A DNA stretch of 64,000 bases from an uncultured delta proteobacterium (lineage in GTDB: Bacteria; Myxococcota_A; Polyangia; Fen-1088), in NCBI GenBank assembly GCA_963767925.1, contig CAVYGB010000002.1:416001-480000 (forward strand), read 5' to 3'. The notes under the pieces are model-generated. The model ran no database searches, was not told where the DNA came from, and was given only the letters and a program-made list of their open reading frames with translations. Of the stretch, positions 58,823 to 64,000 are shown piece after piece. The stretch's first letter is position 1, and every line of letters begins with the position of its first letter. The position numbers were made by a program, and so were the translations under genes.

Positions 58823-59188
58823 TCAGTCGCCGACGAGCTTGCGGACGGCGGCCAGCAGGAGGGCCGGGCGGAAGGGCTTGACGATCCAGGCCTTGGCGCC
58901 GGCCTTGCGGGCCCGCTCGATGAGGCTGGGCTGGGCCTCGCTGGTGAGGAGGACGAAGGGGGTCTTTTCGAGGCGGGAGGTGCGCGCGAGGACGTCGAGC
59001 AGGTCGAGCCCGTTCATGCCGGGCATGTTGACGTCGCACAGGACGAGGGCGACGTCGGCTTCGGCCTCGAGCTTGCGGATCGCGTCGGCGCCGTCGACGG
59101 CCTCGAGCGCCTGGTAGCCGCCGCCGAGGGCTTCCCGCACCTGCTCGCGCACGGTCGGCGAGTCGTCTATCACGAGGATCTTCTTCAT
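58823..59188 (-). CDS. CheY-like single-domain response regulator
   Basis: ILVIDDS, CDVNMPGMNG, LTSE, GAKAWIVKPF. Confidence 0.93.
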   Translation of the reverse strand: MKKILVIDDSPTVREQVREALGGGYQALEAVDGADAIRKLEAEADVALVLCDVNMPGMNGLDLLDVLARTSRLEKTPFVLLTSEAQPSLIERARKAGAKAWIVKPFRPALLLAAVRKLVGD

Positions 59189-59322
59189 CGGGTGGGCGCC
59201 GCCGCTTCCCGGGCGCGGGCACGGCTGTTTCTGCACATCGGCCGACCGGCCCGGAACTTGCGCGGCGGGCTCCGTTCAAGGTGGCCCCGGCTTCTGTCGA
59301 AGTCTCCCCGGAGGCCGTGCGC

Positions 59323-59847
59323 ATGTCCGATCCGACGCCGCAGCAGCACCGAGAGCGCATCCGCGAGATCACCCACCGGGCTTGCCAGGCGCTGCTGGCC
59401 CACTACGGCCTGCCGCTGCGCGCGGTGCCGCCGGCGGCGGTGGATCCCCGCCCGCTCCAGCACTTCGGGGTGATGGCGTTCGCCGGCAAGGGGCTGCGGG
59501 GGCGGCTGGTGCTCGGCGCCTCGAACGAGCCGCTCACCGCCTCGAACCCGGCGAAGGACGCCCCCATCCAGGCCTGGATCAGCGAGCTGGCCAACCAGCT
59601 CCTCGGCCGGATCAAGAGCCAGCTCCTGCTGCACGCGCTGGAGATCGACATCGGCACCCCGGTCGCCGTGCGGGACGTGCACGTCCCGGAGCTCACCGCG
59701 CGCACGCCCCCCTCGGGCGCCTGGCAGGCCACAGGCGGGCTGCTCTGCGTGTGGCTCGAGCTGACGCTGGGCAAGGGCTTTCACATGACCGAGCGCCCGG
59801 ATCCCAGCCGGGCCGGCCCCCGCGAGAGCGAGACCATCCTGTTCTGA
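59323..59847 (+). CDS. CheX-like phosphatase
   Basis: G.LRGRLVL and WISELANQLLGRIK (E-x2-N motif), IGTPV. Confidence 0.75.
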   Translation: MSDPTPQQHRERIREITHRACQALLAHYGLPLRAVPPAAVDPRPLQHFGVMAFAGKGLRGRLVLGASNEPLTASNPAKDAPIQAWISELANQLLGRIKSQLLLHALEIDIGTPVAVRDVHVPELTARTPPSGAWQATGGLLCVWLELTLGKGFHMTERPDPSRAGPRESETILF

Positions 59848-59868
59848 CCGGCGCCCGGGCGCGCGCGC

Positions 59869-62274
59869 TCAGGCGGTCAGCCGCGAGGAGGCGCGCTCGC
59901 GCGGGCCGTCGCGCTCGGCGGACCGGTCGCCGCCCTCGTCGCCCGCGAACCTCCCCTCGTGAGACCGCAGGGCGGTGGCCGGGAAGGTCAGCCGCCAGGT
60001 GGTGCCCTGGTCCGGGCGGGTCTCCACCGCGATCTGGCCCTGCAGCTCCTCGACCCGGGCCGCCACCGCCGCCATCCCGATCCCGCGGCCGGAGGTGGCG
60101 GTCACCCGGGTGCGCGCGCTGACCCCGGGGGCCAGCAAGGCCGCCTGCAGGTCGGCGGGGGTCTCGGCGGGCTGGCCCTGCGCCCGGGCGGCCTGGCGGA
60201 TCGCCTCCCAGTCGATGCCCCGGCCGTCGTCGGCCACCTCGATAACCAGCCCGGCCTCCGGACGCAGGGACGCGGACAGCCGCAGCCGCGGGCGCGGGGG
60301 CTTGTCGGCCGCGCGGCGCTCGGCCCCGGTCTCCAGGCCGTGGTCGACGGCGTTGCGCACCAGATGGACGAGCTCGATCCACAGCGGCCCCCAGCGCCCG
60401 GGATCGAGGCGCAGGCCGCCGCCATCCACCTCCACCTCGAGGTCGCCCTTGCCCAGGCGGCGGGCCAGCAGGTGGCCGCCGTGGGCCAGCCGGGCGAAGG
60501 TCCGCTCGACCGGCTCGCAGCGCCAGGCCAGCAGCCGCTGCGCGGTCGCCGCGGGGGCCAGGCCACGCTGGACGTCGTCGGCCAGCCGCTCGATCTCCGG
60601 GCTGGCGAGCTCGACCCGGTCGCGCGCCCGGTCCCCCACGAAGGCCCGCACCGCCTCGCGCACCGTCCTCCAGCGCTGGTCCAGCGCCGCCAGGTGTGGC
60701 GAGGGCCCGGTGAGCGCGCCGGCGTCGAAGGCGTCCTCGGCCGCGTGGCACAGGCCCGCGACGACCTCGAGCGAGAACAGGGCGGCGTTGCCCTTGAGGG
60801 TGTGGAGCCGCCGGCGCCGCTCGGCGGCCTCGCCGACGCCGAGCTGCTGCACGATCTGATCGCCCTCGTCGCAGAAGGAGAGGAAGCCCAGCCGGTCGCG
60901 GGCCAGCGCGTGCAACACCGCCACCAGCTCCCGCTGCTCCGCCTCCTGCTGGGCCAGCAGGAGCTGCTCGGTGACGTCGTGGAACACGATGAGCAGCCCG
61001 TCCTGCTGGTCACCGCCGTTGACCGTCAGGTAGCTCACCTGGTAGGCGCGGGGCCCCGCGCGCAGGCGGGCCGGGAGCTGGGCCAGGCACAGCTCGACCG
61101 GCAAGACGTCGTCGCGCAGCGCCTGCAGCCCCACCTCGAAGGAGCGGGCGAAGTCGCCGTCGATCCGGGCGGCGTAGTCGACGAAGCGGGTGGGGCCCGC
61201 ATAACCCCCGAACCAGGCGTCGATCTTGGCCGAGCGCTCCTCGGCCAGCCAGCCGTCGGGGCTCATGCGCAGCAGCCCCTCGTTGACGGTGTCGAGCACC
61301 AGGCGAATGGCCCGGTTGCGCTCGACCAGCGCCTCGGTGCGCTCCTGCAGCCGCCGCACGAGCTGGCCGATGCGCGCCACCACCAGCAGGAACAGGGTCG
61401 CCGAGCTGAAGGCGATGGCCACCCCGTCGGTGACCTGCCCCCGCAGGGCCTCCAGCAGCAGGATGCCGGGGGCGATCAGCGAGGCGACGGTCAGCCCGAG
61501 CATCATCCCCGGCCCCAGGCGCGCCCGGTTGGCCTCGCCGACGCTCAACATCTCGTGCACCGAGGGGTGCAGCAGCGAGGCGCCGATGAACGCGTAGGCC
61601 GACATCGAGGCCATCTCGAGCGCGCGCTGGTACACCGGCCCGGCCTCGATCTGGAGCTGGGTGAAGCTCGCCCAGCCGACGTCGGCCACCAGGAAACACA
61701 ACATCCCCGCCACCAGCAGGCGGAACGACAGGTTGCGGGCCCCCCCGCCGAGCAGCAAGCGGACCATCAGGCCCAGCACGACGATGTCGGCGATCGGGTA
61801 GGCCAGCGTCACCGCCCGCCCCAGCGGCGTGACCAGGGGGTTGTCGAGCTGGGGGCGCAGCAGGTACACCCAGGACAGCAGCCCCAGGCCGGTCGTGATG
61901 ATGGTGGTGTCGATCAGGGTCGCCCAGTCCCGCTGGCGCGACCGCGCCCGGATGAGCAGCACCGTCCCGCCGATCACCCCGGGATAGAGGCTCAGGAAGA
62001 AGGGGTCGGCCAGGGTGGGCGGCTCGGAGAACCCGGTCAGGTGCGAGACCAGGATCCCGGCCGCGTTGAGGAGCACCCCGGCCCCGAACAGGAAAAACAG
62101 CGCGCGGTGAGCCGGCCGGTGGTGCCAGACCGCGACCACGGCGAAGGCCGCGGCCGTCCAGCCGACCGCCACCTGCCAGACGAGGTGGAGGAGGTGATCG
62201 AGCGGCACCAGCGGGAACAGGGCGATCGCCAAGGCCAGCCCCGCGGCATATGCGGGAAACAGCTTCGACTTCAC
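59869..62274 (-). CDS. Membrane-anchored CheA-like kinase (multi-TM sensor + PAS-like + Hpt + HATPase, no CheW domain); start may be 62337
   Basis: About 9-10 TM segments; RRLHTLKGNA (Hpt); HLVRNAVDHG, DDGRGID, SGRGIGM, GTT (CheA-type ATPase). Confidence 0.88.
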   Translation of the reverse strand: MKSKLFPAYAAGLALAIALFPLVPLDHLLHLVWQVAVGWTAAAFAVVAVWHHRPAHRALFFLFGAGVLLNAAGILVSHLTGFSEPPTLADPFFLSLYPGVIGGTVLLIRARSRQRDWATLIDTTIITTGLGLLSWVYLLRPQLDNPLVTPLGRAVTLAYPIADIVVLGLMVRLLLGGGARNLSFRLLVAGMLCFLVADVGWASFTQLQIEAGPVYQRALEMASMSAYAFIGASLLHPSVHEMLSVGEANRARLGPGMMLGLTVASLIAPGILLLEALRGQVTDGVAIAFSSATLFLLVVARIGQLVRRLQERTEALVERNRAIRLVLDTVNEGLLRMSPDGWLAEERSAKIDAWFGGYAGPTRFVDYAARIDGDFARSFEVGLQALRDDVLPVELCLAQLPARLRAGPRAYQVSYLTVNGGDQQDGLLIVFHDVTEQLLLAQQEAEQRELVAVLHALARDRLGFLSFCDEGDQIVQQLGVGEAAERRRRLHTLKGNAALFSLEVVAGLCHAAEDAFDAGALTGPSPHLAALDQRWRTVREAVRAFVGDRARDRVELASPEIERLADDVQRGLAPAATAQRLLAWRCEPVERTFARLAHGGHLLARRLGKGDLEVEVDGGGLRLDPGRWGPLWIELVHLVRNAVDHGLETGAERRAADKPPRPRLRLSASLRPEAGLVIEVADDGRGIDWEAIRQAARAQGQPAETPADLQAALLAPGVSARTRVTATSGRGIGMAAVAARVEELQGQIAVETRPDQGTTWRLTFPATALRSHEGRFAGDEGGDRSAERDGPRERASSRLTA

Positions 62275-62460
62275 CCCCCCGGCATCGCCAGATTCGCGGG
62301 GTGGAATGAGACCGCCGTCGCTGGGGCGGCGGGCCATGACTCTTCGCTCCGGGGGGCCGGCTTCCCGCAAGTGGGCAGGGGCGTGTAAAGCCCGCACCCG
62401 GACCGGCGTTCGACCGGGCGGCGCCGGTGCGGTAGGAAGCTTCGAAACGAGGACGCCCCC

Positions 62461-62817
62461 ATGATGACCTTGCGAGGCATTTTCCTGACCTCGGACCAGC
62501 CTGCCCGGACCGCCCGCTTCTACCGGGACGTGGCCGGCATGGCCCTCGAGGAGATCAACCACGAGGGCGGCTACGTGTACTGGAAGCTCGACGACGGCCG
62601 CCTGCAGATCGCCATCCACGACGCCAAGGCCTACGCCGACTACACCTTCCCGCCCGAGCGCGGCTCGAACCTCACCCACCTGTACTTCCAGATCCCGGAC
62701 CAGGGCGGGTTCATCGAGCGCCTCGCCGAGCTGGACCTCACCCCCCACGCCCTCGACGAGGTCGTCGTCACCGTCGTCGATCCCGACGGCCGCAAGGTCA
62801 TGTTCGGCACCGCCTGA
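62461..62817 (+). CDS. VOC/glyoxalase family protein
   Basis: ARFYRDVAGM, HLYFQI, VDPDGRKV. Confidence 0.85.
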   Translation: MMTLRGIFLTSDQPARTARFYRDVAGMALEEINHEGGYVYWKLDDGRLQIAIHDAKAYADYTFPPERGSNLTHLYFQIPDQGGFIERLAELDLTPHALDEVVVTVVDPDGRKVMFGTA

Positions 62818-62947
62818 CCGCGGCACGGGACGCGAGCGGCAGGCGGCCGGAGCGGGGGGATGACTCCCCCCGTTTCCCCACCCTCACCCGGGGTGTGGGC
62901 GGGGGGTTCAAGCGGGTCGGGGGCAGGGTCGATGACAGGGACCACCC

Positions 62948-64000
62948 ATGGATGAGTCACCGGCGAAAGGCGCGGCCCTGCAGGCGGGGGAGATGCTGGA
63001 CGGCAAGTACCGGGTCGTCCGACAGCTCGGCGAAGGTGGGATGGGGATCGTCTACGAGGCACACCACCCGCTGCTGCAGAAGACCGTCGCCATCAAGGTG
63101 CTCCGGCCCGAGCTGGCGCGCATGGAGGAGCGCCGCGACCGGTTCGAGGCGGAGGCGCGCGCCACCGCGGCCATCGGCCACCCCAACATCGTCGCGGTCA
63201 ACGACATGGGGGAGACGGCCGACGGCGCCCTGTACTTCGTCATGGACCGGCTCAACGGCGAGACCCTGGCCGAGCGGATCGGGCGGCTGGGCAAGCTCGA
63301 CCTGCGGAGCGCGGCGGTGATCGCCCTCGACGTGCTGTCCGGGCTCGAGGCGGCCCACGCCCTGATGCTGGTACACCGCGATCTCAAGCCCGACAACATC
63401 TTCATGGCCCGCTCGCCGGGGGGCCGCGAGATCGCCAAGGTGCTGGACTTCGGGATCGCCAAGGCGCTGGCCAGCGCGGGCAAGCGCAAGGGGGGGACCC
63501 AGCTCGGGTTCACGGTCGGCACGCCGATGTACATGGCGCCCGAGCAGGCGCTGGCCGACCCCAACATCGACGCCCGGGCCGACCTGTGGGCGCTGGGCGT
63601 GATCTTCTACGAGATGGTCAGCGGGCGGCCCCCGTTCCAGTCGGAGGACACGGTGGAGGTGCTCACCCGGGTTGTGTCGGGCAACCGCGCGCCGCTGGCC
63701 GCGGTCTGTCCGGAGGCGCCGCCGGCGCTGGTGGCGCTGATCGAGTCTGCGCTCACGGCGGAGCGGGCGAAGCGGCCGCAGACGGCCGGGGAGTTTGCGG
63801 GGCGGTTGCAGCAGGCGGTGTTCGGGACGGCGGCCCCGACGCCGGGGGTTATCACGGGGCTGGGGGCGCTGGGGGCGCTCGCGGGGGCCGGCGGGCCGGA
63901 CCTCGGGGCGCTGGACCGGCCGGAGCTGGTGGCGCTCGAGCCGGTGGTAGGAGAGGGCGCGGGGGGATCGCGGGCGGCGGTGGCTGGTGCGCAGCGGCCG
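62948..64000 (+). CDS. Ser/Thr protein kinase, runs off the end of the window
   Basis: [56 protein letters not shown]; no stop before 64000. Confidence 0.93.
   Translation, partial: MDESPAKGAALQAGEMLDGKYRVVRQLGEGGMGIVYEAHHPLLQKTVAIKVLRPELARMEERRDRFEAEARATAAIGHPNIVAVNDMGETADGALYFVMDRLNGETLAERIGRLGKLDLRSAAVIALDVLSGLEAAHALMLVHRDLKPDNIFMARSPGGREIAKVLDFGIAKALASAGKRKGGTQLGFTVGTPMYMAPEQALADPNIDARADLWALGVIFYEMVSGRPPFQSEDTVEVLTRVVSGNRAPLAAVCPEAPPALVALIESALTAERAKRPQTAGEFAGRLQQAVFGTAAPTPGVITGLGALGALAGAGGPDLGALDRPELVALEPVVGEGAGGSRAAVAGAQRP

Overview
Very GC-rich DNA (by eye about 70-75%) that looks myxobacterial (Myxococcota): eukaryotic-like Ser/Thr kinases, TPR and Cys-rich lipoproteins, an ECF42 sigma factor with DGPF/YciI genes. 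Main contents: (1) a sugar ABC importer with a fused binding-protein/permease gene; (2) a co-oriented polyhydroxyalkanoate (PHA) cluster at 9.5-16.5 kb with phasin-like and mini-PhaE-like genes, phaB, class III-type phaC, a patatin, a KAS III-family enzyme with NphT7-like motifs, bdhA and phaZ, and no thiolase (phaA); (3) asnB, dedA, pal-cpoB-like genes and secreted proteins (CotH kinase, PL6 lyase, Cys-repeat protein, TonB-dependent receptor); (4) sucAB, preceded by a degenerate fluoride-riboswitch-like sequence; (5) a membrane-anchored CheA-like kinase with CheX and CheY; (6) a dispersed REP-like hairpin family that has also expanded into two tandem arrays (6 x 117/118 bp and 5 x 144 bp); (7) several gene remnants, including a REP-associated-type (RAYT-like) HUH transposase fragment. 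The strongest candidate for an undescribed system is a natural thiolase-independent PHB pathway (NphT7-like acetoacetyl-CoA synthase + PhaB + PhaC). Many conserved genes carry +1 frameshifts that look like consensus or sequencing artefacts rather than true pseudogenes. No CRISPR array, tRNA or rRNA was seen. All calls come from reading motifs by eye; no database searches were run.
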